Position numbers and translations under genes: made by a program
Assembly: GCA_042408195.1 (NCBI GenBank)
Contig: JBHOQL010000107.1
Span: forward strand, 31,976 to 95,975
DNA: 64,000 nt
Direction of reading: 5' to 3'
Source of the DNA: Anaerolineae bacterium
GTDB lineage: Bacteria; Chloroflexota; Anaerolineae; SpSt-600
The notes under the pieces: generated by a model
What the model was told of the DNA's origin: nothing
What the model saw: the letters and a program-made list of their open reading frames with translations, nothing else
Database searches by the model: none
In this document: positions 35,344 through 47,366 of the stretch, one piece after another
Layout: the number at the start of each line of letters is the position of its first letter
How positions within the stretch are numbered: the stretch's first letter is position 1

Positions 35344-35795
35344 TTCTTGGCCTCCTTTCGCAACGGATTAGGGCCGAGGCTCCTTATCTTTTCCGTCATC
35401 TCGGCCACTACTTCGGCAAAGCGAGCTCCTTCAGCTGAAGACATATAATAAATGTTTAAGCGCTCTCCGTCAAGACCTATTTCCTCTAAAAGTTTCTTAG
35501 CGTACTGAACTCTTTTCGTGGCCTTTACATTCCCATCCTTAAAATGACAGTCTCCTATCCTGCACCCAGCGACTATCACTCCATCGGCCCCCTTTTCAAA
35601 GGCCGTAAGGATGTGGTGGACGTCAATCCTGCCGGTGCAGGGGATCTTCACAATTCGGATAGAGTCAGGATACTGTAGACGCATCACCCCTGCCAGGTCG
35701 GCAGCTCCATAAGCGCAGTAATGGCAAGCAAAAGTCACGATAATCGGCTTAAAGTCCTGCATAGTCTCTGCCTCCATATCACACCCATGCCGCAA
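35340..35795 (-). CDS. mvhD: MvhD/FlpD-like hydrogenase delta-subunit-type [2Fe-2S] electron-transfer protein
   Basis: MvhD signature (IVTFACHYCAYGAADLAG… IRIVKIPCTGRIDVHHILTAFEKGADGVIVAGCRIGDCHF). Confidence 0.8.
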   Translation of the reverse strand: MRHGCDMEAETMQDFKPIIVTFACHYCAYGAADLAGVMRLQYPDSIRIVKIPCTGRIDVHHILTAFEKGADGVIVAGCRIGDCHFKDGNVKATKRVQYAKKLLEEIGLDGERLNIYYMSSAEGARFAEVVAEMTEKIRSLGPNPLRKEAKK

Positions 35796-38700
35796 ACAGA
35801 GCCTCTACTTTCGCTTCAATCTGGTCATCCCGGTAATGCAACAGTTGTATCGCCTTGGCTGGACATTCGGCAACACAGACGCCACAGCCGTGGCACTGAA
35901 CGGGTTCAATATAGGCTGCCCCCTTTATTCCCCCAACTCCTATGAGTGTCGGGTCAATCTTGGGGACACTGTAAGGGCAAACACGTACACAAGTGAGGCA
36001 GGCTGTGCATTTTTCCGGGCTGACTACCGCCACGACTCCACCAACTTTCAGGGCATTTTGAGCCAAGATCGTGGCAGCACGGGCGGCGGCGGCTTTGGCT
36101 TGGGCTATTGTTTCATCCAGATGTTTAGGCCAGTGAGCCACCCCTGCCATGAAAATCCCATCCGAAGCAAAATCCACAGGGCGGAGTTTTATATGGGCCT
36201 CCCAGAAGAAGCCCTCCGGCATGAGTGGAACCTTGAGGATTTTGCCCAGCTCTTCGGCTCCCTCCGAGGGCACAATCCCCACGCTCAGGACTAAAAGATC
36301 AGCCCTCAGTTCCGTTTCCTCCCCGATCTCCGCATCCCTCACGCGCACCCTTAAGGTTCCATCTCCATCTGGTTCCACTTGAGGCCTTGAATCTCCATCG
36401 TAACGGATGAAAATGACCCCCCTTTCACGGGCCTTAGTATAGTACCGCTCTCTGAGCCCGTAAACCCTTATATCTCTGTGGAGAATGTAGACAGGTAAAT
36501 CGGGCCAAAGCTCTTTCAGCTTGAGGGCATTCTTGAGAGCCTGGGTGCAGCATACACCTGAACAGTACTTATCAGCTAGATCATCAGCGCACTGGATCAT
36601 CACCACAGGCCCGTAAGGGGCTTCACCCCGGGCGAGCTTTTCCTCCAGTTCCCGCTGGGTGTAAACTGCAGGATGCAGCCCATATAGGTAAAAGGCAGGT
36701 TTGTTCTCTTTTCCGCCCGTGGCCACGATGGTCACTCCGTGCTCGATGGAAAAACGCTGCCCATCGGGACCTTCCAACAGGGCAAAGAAGTTCCCGACAA
36801 ACCCCGAATGCTCTACAACCTTGGTATTCAAGTGAATGGTTATAAGGGGATTGGAGGTTACTTCAGCCACAAGTTTTTGGAGGAAAGCTTGCGGATCATC
36901 GCCTTCAAGGGTGTAATGGATGTGCCGGAGGTTGCCACCCAGCACATTCTCCCTCTCCACCAGGTGGACAGAAAACCCCTGCCGGGCGAGGGAGAGAGCA
37001 GTCGTCATCCCAGCCACACCTCCACCTATGACCAGGGCCGATTTGCGGACCGGAACATCTATAGTGTGGAGGGGCTCAAGACGGGCAGCCCTCGCCACAG
37101 ACATCCTTAGCAGGTCTTTGGCTTTCTCAGTGGCCTCCTTCCAGTTGCGGGAATGGACCCAGGAACACTGGTCCCGGATGTTGGCCATCTCAAATAGGAA
37201 GGGGTTTAGACCTGCCTGGCGGATAGTGTCCTGGAAGAGGGGCTCATGGGTGCGAGGAGTGCACGCGGCCACGACTATCCGGTTCAGGTTATGCTCCTTA
37301 ATAGCCTGTTTGATGAGCTCCTGAGTATCCTGCGAGCAAGTGTATAGGTTGTGGGTAGCATATACCACCCCCGGCAGAGAGCGAGCGTATTCAGTTACAG
37401 CTTCCACATCTAAATAGCCTGCAATGTTGGAACCACAGTGGCATACAAATACTCCGATGCGGGGCTCCTGGCCGCTTACGTCGATCTCAGGGGGATAGAC
37501 CGGGACTGTCACCTCTGTACCCCTGGCTGAAGCCAGCAACTCACCAATAGCTCCCGCAGCAGCGCTACCTTCTACAACCGAAGAGGGAATGTCCTTAGGG
37601 GCTGAGAACACCCCTGAAACGAAAACTCCTTCCCTCCCGGTTCCGAGGGGGTCGAAGAGGGAATTTTCCACAAAACCAAATTCGTTAACCTTAATGCCCA
37701 GCCTCTGGGCCAGCTCCCTCAAATCTTCCGGTATCTCCATCCCCACCGAGAGCACCACAAGGTCAAAGCGCTCTTCTTTGAACTGGCCGTTCTCCTGGTA
37801 GCGGACCAGGATGTCTCTTGTTTGAGGGTCTTCAAACAGGGCTGAAATGCGGCTGCGGGTGTAGACGATGCCGTATTCATCCTTGGCCCGGTTGAAATAA
37901 GCCATGTAGCCCTTGCCGAAAGCCCGCATATCCATCAGGAAAATCTGGCATAAAGTATCGGGCTCGTGCTCCTTGGCCATTATCGCCTGTTTGGTGGCAT
38001 ACATGCAACAGGCCGAGGAGCAGTAATCGCGCTCTTTATCCCTGGAGCCTATGCACTGGAGCCATGCTATGCGCTTAGCCTTCTTGCCATCGGATGGGCG
38101 AACAACGTGGCCTCCGGTAGGGCCAGAAGCGGAAAGGAGCCTTTCAAACTGGATTGAGGTCACCACGTTCGGGAAACGGCCGAAGCCGTATTCCTCCAAG
38201 GTGGAAGGGTCAAAGGGTTTATAGCCCGGAGCCAGAACTACAGCTCCCACTTCCAGCTTCAATGTCTGTTCCTTTTCCTCATGAGTCTCCTTCGTAACAG
38301 CCTGGGCTTGGCACACATATACGCACTGCAGGCACTCGGAACAGATCCCGCATTGGAGACAACGCTCAGCTTCGGCCCGGGCCTGCTCTTCGCTCAAAGG
38401 CAAGACTATTTCCCTAAAGGTGGTCTTGCGCTCATCGAGGGGGATAAGTTCAGGCTCCGCCCTTGGGACAGGTTTAAATTTGCCCTCTTCCACCAGTTTA
38501 AGGGCTTGTTCCTTTGTCCATCTGGCTACCTTCCAAGACTTCCCCTCTTCCTTAAGGGGCAACCCTTGGAGGTAACGGTCTATCATCCGGGCAGCCTTGT
38601 GACCCAGGGCCACTGCATGGATTATAAAGTTAGTCCCGGGCACTATCCCGCTACCGGCAAATATTCCGGGGATTTGGGTCTGAAGCGTTTCCAAGTCACC

Positions 38701-40206
38701 GTAAAGCTTATCGTAAGGCGGATCAAGGAAAGAAAGGTCTGATAGCTGCCCAACCGCCCTTATTACCGCATCCACTTCCAGAGTGAACTCTGTGCCAGGG
38801 ATGGGGACACGGCGCTCCTGACCTCCTTCGATTACGGTCTTCACCTTAGCACACTCTACCCCTGTGACTTTGCCATTTTGGCCTAGAATTCTGGTTACGG
38901 CTACCCCTTCCAGGAGCTCAACCCCTTCCCTTGCCACTTCTTCCAGTTCCCAGCGGTAAGCCGGGAGTTCTTCCCTGGTGCGCCGGTATATCAAATAAAC
39001 CTTTTCGCTTCCCAACCTTACCGAAACGGCAGCGGCATCTATGGCCGTTATTCCCCCACCGATAACGGCAACCCGCCGGCCAACTTTATGACGCCACCCG
39101 AGGTTTACTTCTCTCAGGAACTTCAGGGCTGGGATAACCCCTTCCAGATCCTCCCCTTCAATGTTCAAACGCCTGTCCCCGGCCACTCCAACAGCCAAGA
39201 AAACGGCGTCGTAACCTTCCTGAAGGAGCTTCTCAGGGTTGCGAACGGGGGTATTGAGGCGAAGTTCAACGCCCAGGGCGAGTATTTCGTCAATATCTCG
39301 CTGCAGTATAGCTTTAGGGAGACGATGTTCAGGTATACCAACACGCATCATCCCCCCGGCCACGGGCAAAGCCTCAAAAACGGTCACACCATAGCCCATG
39401 AGGACCAAATCTTTAGCAGCTGTGAGGCCAGCTGGCCCAGCACCCACAATGGCTATCTTCTGAGGCTTAGTCCGGGGAGCAGGCTTTGGAGGTTCATAAG
39501 GCCCATGGGTATAAACGTAATCCACCACGAAACGCTTCAGGGCCATAATGGCTATGGGTTCGTCTATATAGCGGCGGTTGCAGTGGCCTTCACAAGGGTG
39601 ATGGCAGGTGCGACCGCACACGCTGGGGAAAGGGTTATCTTCTTTAATAACTCGGAGAGCATCGTGGTAGCGGCCTTCCCGGATTAAAGCGATGTAACCC
39701 TGAGCCCTCTGTCCCGCAGGACAAGCATCCCTACAAGGGGCGACGCCCTCTTTCTCAACGGCGTAGGCATTAGGTACAGCCTGGGGGTACCGTTTGTAGA
39801 TAGCTTTGCGTTTCGATAGCCCTCCTTCATAGTCGTTGGGCAAAGAGATAGGGCAAACTCTGGTGCAATCGCCACAGGAGGTGCACTTGTTTTCATCTAC
39901 ATAACGGGGTTTGCGGCGAATGGTAGCTACAAAATGGCCTGGCTCCCCCTCCAGGTTAATAAGTTCAGCTCCGGTGATTATCTCTATATTGAGGTTTCGT
40001 TCCACTTCCACTAACCAGGGGGAAAGGATGCACATAGCGCAATCGTTGGTGGGGAAAGTCTTATCAAGCTGGGCCATCCTCCCCCCGATGGCGCTCTCTT
40101 TGTCCAAGAGGTAAACTTTAAATCCAGCAGCGGCCAAGTCCGAGGCTGCCCGAACTCCGGCTACGCCACCTCCTATTACTAGGACGGAACCTTTGACCTC
40201 AGGCAC
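35779..40206 (-). CDS. hdrA: giant HdrA-like flavoprotein (1475 aa): HdrA N-part with an inserted GltD/NfnB-like NAD(P)H-binding FAD domain, ferredoxin domains, and a second complete HdrA-like module
   Basis: Two FAD dinucleotide motifs of HdrA type (VLVIGGGVAGVRAA…, SALVIGGGVAGMTTA…). A GltD-type insert is present (CRDACPAGQRAQGYIALIREGRYHDALRVIKEDNPFPSVCGRTCHHPCE…KIAIVGAGPAGLTAAKDL). Several 4Fe-4S motifs (CLQCGICSECLQC…, CHGCGVCVAECP). One continuous ORF with no internal stop. Confidence 0.8.
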   Translation of the reverse strand: MPEVKGSVLVIGGGVAGVRAASDLAAAGFKVYLLDKESAIGGRMAQLDKTFPTNDCAMCILSPWLVEVERNLNIEIITGAELINLEGEPGHFVATIRRKPRYVDENKCTSCGDCTRVCPISLPNDYEGGLSKRKAIYKRYPQAVPNAYAVEKEGVAPCRDACPAGQRAQGYIALIREGRYHDALRVIKEDNPFPSVCGRTCHHPCEGHCNRRYIDEPIAIMALKRFVVDYVYTHGPYEPPKPAPRTKPQKIAIVGAGPAGLTAAKDLVLMGYGVTVFEALPVAGGMMRVGIPEHRLPKAILQRDIDEILALGVELRLNTPVRNPEKLLQEGYDAVFLAVGVAGDRRLNIEGEDLEGVIPALKFLREVNLGWRHKVGRRVAVIGGGITAIDAAAVSVRLGSEKVYLIYRRTREELPAYRWELEEVAREGVELLEGVAVTRILGQNGKVTGVECAKVKTVIEGGQERRVPIPGTEFTLEVDAVIRAVGQLSDLSFLDPPYDKLYGDLETLQTQIPGIFAGSGIVPGTNFIIHAVALGHKAARMIDRYLQGLPLKEEGKSWKVARWTKEQALKLVEEGKFKPVPRAEPELIPLDERKTTFREIVLPLSEEQARAEAERCLQCGICSECLQCVYVCQAQAVTKETHEEKEQTLKLEVGAVVLAPGYKPFDPSTLEEYGFGRFPNVVTSIQFERLLSASGPTGGHVVRPSDGKKAKRIAWLQCIGSRDKERDYCSSACCMYATKQAIMAKEHEPDTLCQIFLMDMRAFGKGYMAYFNRAKDEYGIVYTRSRISALFEDPQTRDILVRYQENGQFKEERFDLVVLSVGMEIPEDLRELAQRLGIKVNEFGFVENSLFDPLGTGREGVFVSGVFSAPKDIPSSVVEGSAAAGAIGELLASARGTEVTVPVYPPEIDVSGQEPRIGVFVCHCGSNIAGYLDVEAVTEYARSLPGVVYATHNLYTCSQDTQELIKQAIKEHNLNRIVVAACTPRTHEPLFQDTIRQAGLNPFLFEMANIRDQCSWVHSRNWKEATEKAKDLLRMSVARAARLEPLHTIDVPVRKSALVIGGGVAGMTTALSLARQGFSVHLVERENVLGGNLRHIHYTLEGDDPQAFLQKLVAEVTSNPLITIHLNTKVVEHSGFVGNFFALLEGPDGQRFSIEHGVTIVATGGKENKPAFYLYGLHPAVYTQRELEEKLARGEAPYGPVVMIQCADDLADKYCSGVCCTQALKNALKLKELWPDLPVYILHRDIRVYGLRERYYTKARERGVIFIRYDGDSRPQVEPDGDGTLRVRVRDAEIGEETELRADLLVLSVGIVPSEGAEELGKILKVPLMPEGFFWEAHIKLRPVDFASDGIFMAGVAHWPKHLDETIAQAKAAAARAATILAQNALKVGGVVAVVSPEKCTACLTCVRVCPYSVPKIDPTLIGVGGIKGAAYIEPVQCHGCGVCVAECPAKAIQLLHYRDDQIEAKVEALFAAWV

Positions 40207-40239
40207 CTTTGCCCCTCCGTATTTTAAACAGCGATCGGC

Positions 40240-40674
40240 TTATCTTTTATTACCTTCAGGCTTAAAGCCGTTCTTGATGGGATTGGGCCCTAATTTCTTA
40301 AGCCTTTCCACCATGGTGTTCACAGCGTTGGCGAAGGTTCCTCCCTGTCCACCGGACATGTAAAAGATTTCCAAGCGTTCTCCTCCAAGCCCGATTTCAT
40401 TCAGAAGTTTTTTAGCAAATTGAACTCGCCTTGCGGCCTGGATATTGCCGTGGACGTGATGGCAATTGCCGATAGGGCAAGCTACCACTATCACTCCATC
40501 GGCTCCCTTTTCAAAGGCTTCGAGGATGTAACGGACATCCAACTTTCCAGTGCAGGGGAAACGTATTAATTTTGTATTAGGGTGGTATTGAATGCGTAAA
40601 GCTCCCGCTGTATCCGCAGCCATATATCCACAGTATATACAGGTGAAAAGAGTAATTTCAGGCTGAAACTCCAT
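40240..40674 (-). CDS. mvhD: MvhD/FlpD-like protein, second copy
   Basis: MEFQPEITLFTCIYCGYMAADTAG…FPCTGKLDVRYILEAFEKGADGVIVVACPIGNCHH is a paralogue of the 35340-35795 gene. Confidence 0.8.
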   Translation of the reverse strand: MEFQPEITLFTCIYCGYMAADTAGALRIQYHPNTKLIRFPCTGKLDVRYILEAFEKGADGVIVVACPIGNCHHVHGNIQAARRVQFAKKLLNEIGLGGERLEIFYMSGGQGGTFANAVNTMVERLKKLGPNPIKNGFKPEGNKR

Positions 40675-40738
40675 GCTTTCGCCTCCCTCTCACATTAGGC
40701 TAATCCCTTCACCCCTTACCGTTCGCCATTCAAGACAC

Positions 40739-41761
40739 TCAAAAAGTAATAAGACTCCTTCTCAGTCTATCAAAGTCCTCCAATGCCTTCCCCGCTCCCA
40801 GGGCTACACAAGCCAGAGGATTATCAGCTACATAGCAGGGCACGCCTGTCTCTTTGGTCAACAATCGGTCCATGTTCCTGAGAAGTGCTCCCCCTCCTGT
40901 GAGAAGCATACCCCGGTCAATTATATCCGATGCCAGCTCAGGGGGAGCTTTCTCCAGCACTCTCTTGACCATCCCAATGATTGCTTTCAGCGGCTCAGAA
41001 ATAGCTTCGGTAACCTCATCGGAATTTATTACAACAGTTTTAGGCAAGCCTGTCACCAAGTCCCTGCCTTTGACTTCGGTCTGGAGTTTCTCTGGAAGGG
41101 GAAGCGCACTGCCTATTTCAATCTTCACTGCTTCGGCGGTCCCCTCGCCTATCTGCAGGTTATATTTCTTTCGGATGTAAGAGGCAAGGGCCTCATCAAT
41201 TTTCAGCCCACCCACCCTGACAGCATCAGCCACCACAATTTCATTCATTGAAATAATGGCCGCCTCACTTATTCCTCCGCCAATATCCACTACCATGTTC
41301 CCGGTAGGGGTGTGAATGGGCATACCAGCTCCCAAGGCAGCGGCCAGTGGTTCGGGGATTAAGTAAACCTCTTTACCTCCAGCCTGAATCCCAGCATCAT
41401 GGACGGCCCTCGTTTCCACACTAGTTATACCCACTGGCGCACTTATCATAACTCTGGGTTTAAAGAGACTGAAGCGACCACAAACCTTTTCCAGAAAATA
41501 ACGCAACATGGCTTCTGTCACGAGGTAATCGGCTATAACGCCGTCCTTAAGGGGCCGGACCACATCAATGCTTTCCGGGGTCCGCCCCTGCATGGTCATA
41601 GCTTCTTTGCCTATAGCCACGATTTTCTTGTCTTTTTTAGATATGGCTACAATGGACGGCTCCTGGATTACAATCCCCTTTCCCTTCACGTAGATTATAA
41701 TGTTGTAGGTGCCCAAGTCTATGCCAATTAACTTCTCAAACATTTTCCCCTTCCTTTTCAA
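40739..41761 (-). CDS. mreB: rod-shape-determining actin homologue MreB/Mbl
   Basis: [27 protein letters not shown]… matches MreB throughout. The likely real start is [12 protein letters not shown] at about 41743. The 5' end overlaps the atpC stop. Confidence 0.85.
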   Translation of the reverse strand: MKRKGKMFEKLIGIDLGTYNIIIYVKGKGIVIQEPSIVAISKKDKKIVAIGKEAMTMQGRTPESIDVVRPLKDGVIADYLVTEAMLRYFLEKVCGRFSLFKPRVMISAPVGITSVETRAVHDAGIQAGGKEVYLIPEPLAAALGAGMPIHTPTGNMVVDIGGGISEAAIISMNEIVVADAVRVGGLKIDEALASYIRKKYNLQIGEGTAEAVKIEIGSALPLPEKLQTEVKGRDLVTGLPKTVVINSDEVTEAISEPLKAIIGMVKRVLEKAPPELASDIIDRGMLLTGGGALLRNMDRLLTKETGVPCYVADNPLACVALGAGKALEDFDRLRRSLITF

Positions 41762-42185
41762 TCTGAGGAACCTGAAGGCAGCGGTAGCGCTGGGCGATCT
41801 TTATCCTGGTCATAGCCTTGCGGAGCCTCGCTTCAGCCTGAGCGAACTCCTCACGGCTGAGCCTGCCCCTTTCCTTGAGCAGCTCCATAGCCCTACGACG
41901 GGCTTCCTCCGCTCGGGCAATGTCAATCTCCTCAGCTCTCTCAGCGGTATCTGCCAGGACTATGACCCTATCCTTGTAAACCTGCATGAAGCCTCCGCCT
42001 ATGGCGAAAGAGAGCTCCTCTTCGCCTTTCCGTGCCTTTAGTTCCCCTATGCTCAAAGCTGTAAGTAGGGGGGCATGCTTGGGCAATATACCAAGTTGCC
42101 CGTCAACCCCCGGCGCTATTACTATATCCACCTCATCGGAAAAAACCATCCTCTCTCCAGTGACTATCTCCAAACGAAGGGGCAT
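41736..42185 (-). CDS. atpC: F1 ATP synthase epsilon subunit
   Basis: Epsilon family ([46 protein letters not shown]). Confidence 0.85.
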   Translation of the reverse strand: MPLRLEIVTGERMVFSDEVDIVIAPGVDGQLGILPKHAPLLTALSIGELKARKGEEELSFAIGGGFMQVYKDRVIVLADTAERAEEIDIARAEEARRRAMELLKERGRLSREEFAQAEARLRKAMTRIKIAQRYRCLQVPQIEKEGENV

Positions 42186-42195
42186 TGCTCTCTCC

Positions 42196-43641
<1,446 letters not shown>

Positions 43642-44535
43642 TCACCCTGTAAATCCGGCTTTCATGGCTTTGGCTTTGCGGAGGGCCTCGGCCCCCCCTG
43701 CTATGTCCATCATCTCACGGGTTATGTTCCATTGCCTAACCTTATTGAATCGGATGGTCAGTTCATTTATCAGTTCTTGAGCGTTTTCGGTGGCATTGCG
43801 CATTGCCACCATCCTGGCGGAATGCTCGCTAGCCTGAGCTTCCAGAATAGCCTGATAAACCTGAAGCTCAGTGAAACGGGGGAGGACTTCTCCCAGAACT
43901 GTCTGGGGATCGGGTTCAAAGATGTAGAGGGCAGCAAGCCTTTCCTCAGGGACAGGCCTTTCTATGGGCAGAAGCTTTTTTATCGTTGGAGTTTGGGTTA
44001 TTGTTGAGATAAAACGGGTGTAGGCCAGATAGACTTCATCCACCCGTCCAGATGTGAATTCATCCATGGCTATCCTGGCTATCGGAGCTATCTCCATAAG
44101 GGTGGGGCGGTCCCGTACCCTGGTAAATTCGGCTATGATGTTATGCCCGTAGCGGAGCATGAAATCCCGCCCTTTCCTCCCCACTGTAATCAGCCGCAGC
44201 TCTATTCCTTTGTCCATGCATCCCAGCATGAACTGTGCAGTTGTCCGGAGGATGTTGTGGTTGTAAGGGCCACACAGACCACGATCGCTTGTGATCAAGA
44301 TTATGCCGACAGCTTTTACAGGCCGGACTTCGTAAAGAGGGTGGTCAATCCTTTCAGGCTGTCCGGCAAGATAGGTTAAAACCTCCCAAGCCTTCTGCGC
44401 GTAGGCTCTTGAAGCCATGGCCTGCTGTTGCGCCCTCAGCATTTTGGACGCAGCAACCATCTCCATGGCCCTGGTAATCTGAGAGATATTGCGGACGCTT
44501 CTGATGTGCCGGCGTATTTCCCTGAGGGTTTCCAT
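43642..44535 (-). CDS. atpG: F1 ATP synthase gamma subunit
   Basis: Gamma family (METLREIRRHIRSVRNISQITRAMEMVAASKMLRAQ…). Confidence 0.9.
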   Translation of the reverse strand: METLREIRRHIRSVRNISQITRAMEMVAASKMLRAQQQAMASRAYAQKAWEVLTYLAGQPERIDHPLYEVRPVKAVGIILITSDRGLCGPYNHNILRTTAQFMLGCMDKGIELRLITVGRKGRDFMLRYGHNIIAEFTRVRDRPTLMEIAPIARIAMDEFTSGRVDEVYLAYTRFISTITQTPTIKKLLPIERPVPEERLAALYIFEPDPQTVLGEVLPRFTELQVYQAILEAQASEHSARMVAMRNATENAQELINELTIRFNKVRQWNITREMMDIAGGAEALRKAKAMKAGFTG

Positions 44536-46044
44536 TTAGATCACCACAGTTCTCTTAAATTCTTCTATAGCTGCCCTGAGGGCCTTTTCAGTTTCCTCGT
44601 CCAGATCCTTGGTCTCGGCAATGCGGTTGCCTATTTCGGGATGATGGAGATCCATCCAGCGGTGGAATTCCCTTTCCCACCTCTGGATCTTGTGCACCGG
44701 GACATCATCCAGGTAGCCCTGGGTTCCAGCGAAGATGATCATGACTTGATGCTCTACTGGCATGGGCTCGTACTGGGGCTGCTTGAGGATTTCTTGAAGC
44801 CTCTGCCCCCTCTCTATTACCTTGCGAGTGGCCGGGTCGAGTTCAGAAGCGAACTGAACGAAAGCAGCTAGTTCCCGGAACTGAGCAAGTTCCAGGCGCA
44901 GTTTGCCCGCCACTTTACGCATCGCCTTTATCTGAGCGTTCCCGCCAACCCTTGAGACTGAAAGGCCCACGTTGATGGCCGGACGAATTCCAGCGTTGAA
45001 GAGCTCAGGCTCTAGGTATATCTGGCCATCGGTTATGGAAATTACGTTGGTGGGGATGTAGGTAGTGATATCGCCAAGCTGGGTTTCAATGATGGGAAGG
45101 GCGGTAAGGGAACCCCCACCATATTCAGGGGCGAGGCGAGCAGCTCTTTCCAGGAGGCGAGAGTGAAGGTAGAAGATATCACCGGGATAAGCTTCCCGGC
45201 CCGGCGGCCGCCTGAGGACCAGGGAAATCTGGCGGTAAGCCCAGGCGTGCTTGGTGAGGTCATCGTAAACAATGAGGGCATCCTTGCCCGATTCCATAAA
45301 TTCTTCGCCCATGGCGCAACCGGCATAAGGGGCGATGTACTGCATTGCTGCCGGTTCTGCGGCCGAAGCCACCACTACAATGGTGTGCTCCATGGCCCCG
45401 TATTTTTCCAGAGTAGCCACTACCCTTGCCACCTGCGACATCTTCTGCCCTATCGCAACATAGATACAGTAAAGGTCTTTGCCCTTCTGGTTTATGATGG
45501 TATCGATGGCGATGGCCGTTTTACCCGTCTGCCGGTCGCCGATTATAAGCTCGCGCTGCCCTCTCCCGATCGGTATCATAGAGTCAATGGCTTTGATCCC
45601 CGTCTGCACCGGTGTATTAACGGGGAGGCGGGTCACCACGTTGGGGGCGATGCGCTCTATGGGGCGGTACTTTGTGGCCCTGATAGGCCCCTTACCATCA
45701 ATGGGCTGGCCGAGGGCATTCACCACTCTGCCCAAAAGCTCCTCTCCCACCGGCACAGATATAATTCTTCCAGTGGAGCGGGCTATATCCCCTTCTTGAA
45801 GGCGGCTGTAGTCCCCAAGGAGGATTACTCCCACGTTATCCTTTTCCAGGTTAAGAGCCATACCGTAAAGCCCCCCGGGGAACTCCACCAGCTCTGAGGC
45901 CATAACCCCGCTCAGTCCTCTGACCCGGGCCACGCCATCCCCCACTTCTATAACTGTACCTACCTCAACAGCTTCTATGGGGGCCTCAAAGGCCTCTATT
46001 TGCTTCTTGATTTCCAGAGCTACATCTGCAACCCTTAAGGCCAT
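44536..46044 (-). CDS. atpA: F1 ATP synthase alpha subunit
   Basis: Walker A GDRQTGKT and full alpha-subunit match; 502 aa. Confidence 0.95.
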   Translation of the reverse strand: MALRVADVALEIKKQIEAFEAPIEAVEVGTVIEVGDGVARVRGLSGVMASELVEFPGGLYGMALNLEKDNVGVILLGDYSRLQEGDIARSTGRIISVPVGEELLGRVVNALGQPIDGKGPIRATKYRPIERIAPNVVTRLPVNTPVQTGIKAIDSMIPIGRGQRELIIGDRQTGKTAIAIDTIINQKGKDLYCIYVAIGQKMSQVARVVATLEKYGAMEHTIVVVASAAEPAAMQYIAPYAGCAMGEEFMESGKDALIVYDDLTKHAWAYRQISLVLRRPPGREAYPGDIFYLHSRLLERAARLAPEYGGGSLTALPIIETQLGDITTYIPTNVISITDGQIYLEPELFNAGIRPAINVGLSVSRVGGNAQIKAMRKVAGKLRLELAQFRELAAFVQFASELDPATRKVIERGQRLQEILKQPQYEPMPVEHQVMIIFAGTQGYLDDVPVHKIQRWEREFHRWMDLHHPEIGNRIAETKDLDEETEKALRAAIEEFKRTVVI

Positions 46045-46056
46045 ATTAACCTCCCT

Positions 46057-46593
46057 TTAGATCTCCCGCTTCAACCTCTCCCTCAGACTTTCAAGTCTTC
46101 CAGCTATGCTTCCATCTATGACCGTATCCCCGATCCTTACGATAACTCCTCCCAGGATTTCGGGGTCAACGTTGTAACGGAAGTCAAGGTCGGAGCCAAA
46201 GCGGGCTATCAAGCGGGCTTGAAGAGCTCTCTTCTCATCGTCAGTAAGAGGCACCGCGGTGGTAATGTTGACCACTCGACGGGCAGCGCCACCTCTGGAA
46301 AGCCTGCCCAGTTCATCCAGGATTTCGGGGAGATAATGGAGGTGTCCTTTAGAGGCCAGAAGGTAGATGAAGTTACGTATTTCTACAGGGGTCTCATCAT
46401 CCATCAACTTATTTATCAGCTCCTGTTTATCCTGGAAAGGAACATTGAGGTCATCCAGCTTTTCCAGAAGGTCATTCTGGGCGATATCTCCCCACATTCG
46501 GGCCAGTTTTTTAATCCACCCTTCCAAAGCGGCTTCGTAAAAAGCCCTGGCGTAGAGGTCGGCTTTCTCCCTTCTTTCGAAGATTTTTTCCAA
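46057..46593 (-). CDS. atpH: F1 ATP synthase delta (OSCP) subunit
   Basis: Position between atpF and atpA, 178 aa, OSCP-like pattern. Confidence 0.8.
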   Translation of the reverse strand: MEKIFERREKADLYARAFYEAALEGWIKKLARMWGDIAQNDLLEKLDDLNVPFQDKQELINKLMDDETPVEIRNFIYLLASKGHLHYLPEILDELGRLSRGGAARRVVNITTAVPLTDDEKRALQARLIARFGSDLDFRYNVDPEILGGVIVRIGDTVIDGSIAGRLESLRERLKREI

Positions 46594-46609
46594 ATTTCAC
46601 CTCCCCGGA

Positions 46610-47104
46610 TCAATCGGTTCGCTCAAGGGTGGAAAGGAAATCGCTTATAATCCGGCGTTGAGCCTTTTCATCCAGAGCTTGGCCCACAATCTTGCGGGCG
46701 GTCAAAACGGCCAGGTCAATGGCCTGACGGCGGATTTCAGCCATAGCCATTTCCTTTTCCCTTTCCGCCTCCAACCTGGCCCTTTCAAGGATACGGCCAG
46801 CCTCTATCCTGGCCTGGGCTATTATGTCTTCTTTAAGCTTGTTTCCCTCTTGAGAAGCAAGGGCTATAATCTCCTGAGCTCTCGCCCTTGCTTCTGCCAG
46901 AATACGTTCGGCCTCAGCTTCTGCCTCAGCCAAGCGCCGGGAAGCTCTTTCTGCCTCTTCTAGCCCTTTTTGTATTCTTTCCTGCCGGGTTTTTATGGCG
47001 TTTAAAATCGGCTTATAGAGAAATTTTTGCAGGATGAAAAGCAATAGAAGGAAATTTATCGCCTGTAAAATTAGACCCGGAAGGTTTACTCCAAGCTTTT
47101 CCAT
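46610..47104 (-). CDS. atpF: Fo ATP synthase b subunit
   Basis: N-terminal TM helix plus a long charged coiled coil (AEAEAERILAEARARAQEI…). Confidence 0.8.
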   Translation of the reverse strand: MEKLGVNLPGLILQAINFLLLLFILQKFLYKPILNAIKTRQERIQKGLEEAERASRRLAEAEAEAERILAEARARAQEIIALASQEGNKLKEDIIAQARIEAGRILERARLEAEREKEMAMAEIRRQAIDLAVLTARKIVGQALDEKAQRRIISDFLSTLERTD

Positions 47105-47107
47105 CCC

Positions 47108-47344
47108 TTATCCTCCGCCCACGAATATGAGGGCAAGGGCTACTACGAGGCAATATATAGCCACCGCCTCAGCGAGGCCAAGTCCCACGATCATGGGGGT
47201 GAAGAGTTTATCAGCGGCCTCAGGGTTGCGCCCTATAGCCTCCATAGCCTTGCTTACCCCCATTCCTATGCCCAAACCAGTGCCTATGGAACCTACACCC
47301 ATAGCGAAAGCTGCTCCAATATTGGCTGCTACTTTAGGATCCAT
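47108..47344 (-). CDS. atpE: Fo ATP synthase c subunit (proteolipid)
   Basis: 78-aa hairpin with a conserved carboxylate helix (…LGLAEAVAIYCLVVALALIF). Confidence 0.85.
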   Translation of the reverse strand: MDPKVAANIGAAFAMGVGSIGTGLGIGMGVSKAMEAIGRNPEAADKLFTPMIVGLGLAEAVAIYCLVVALALIFVGGG

Positions 47345-47366
47345 CTCTGCTCCTCCTCAGTTGAAT

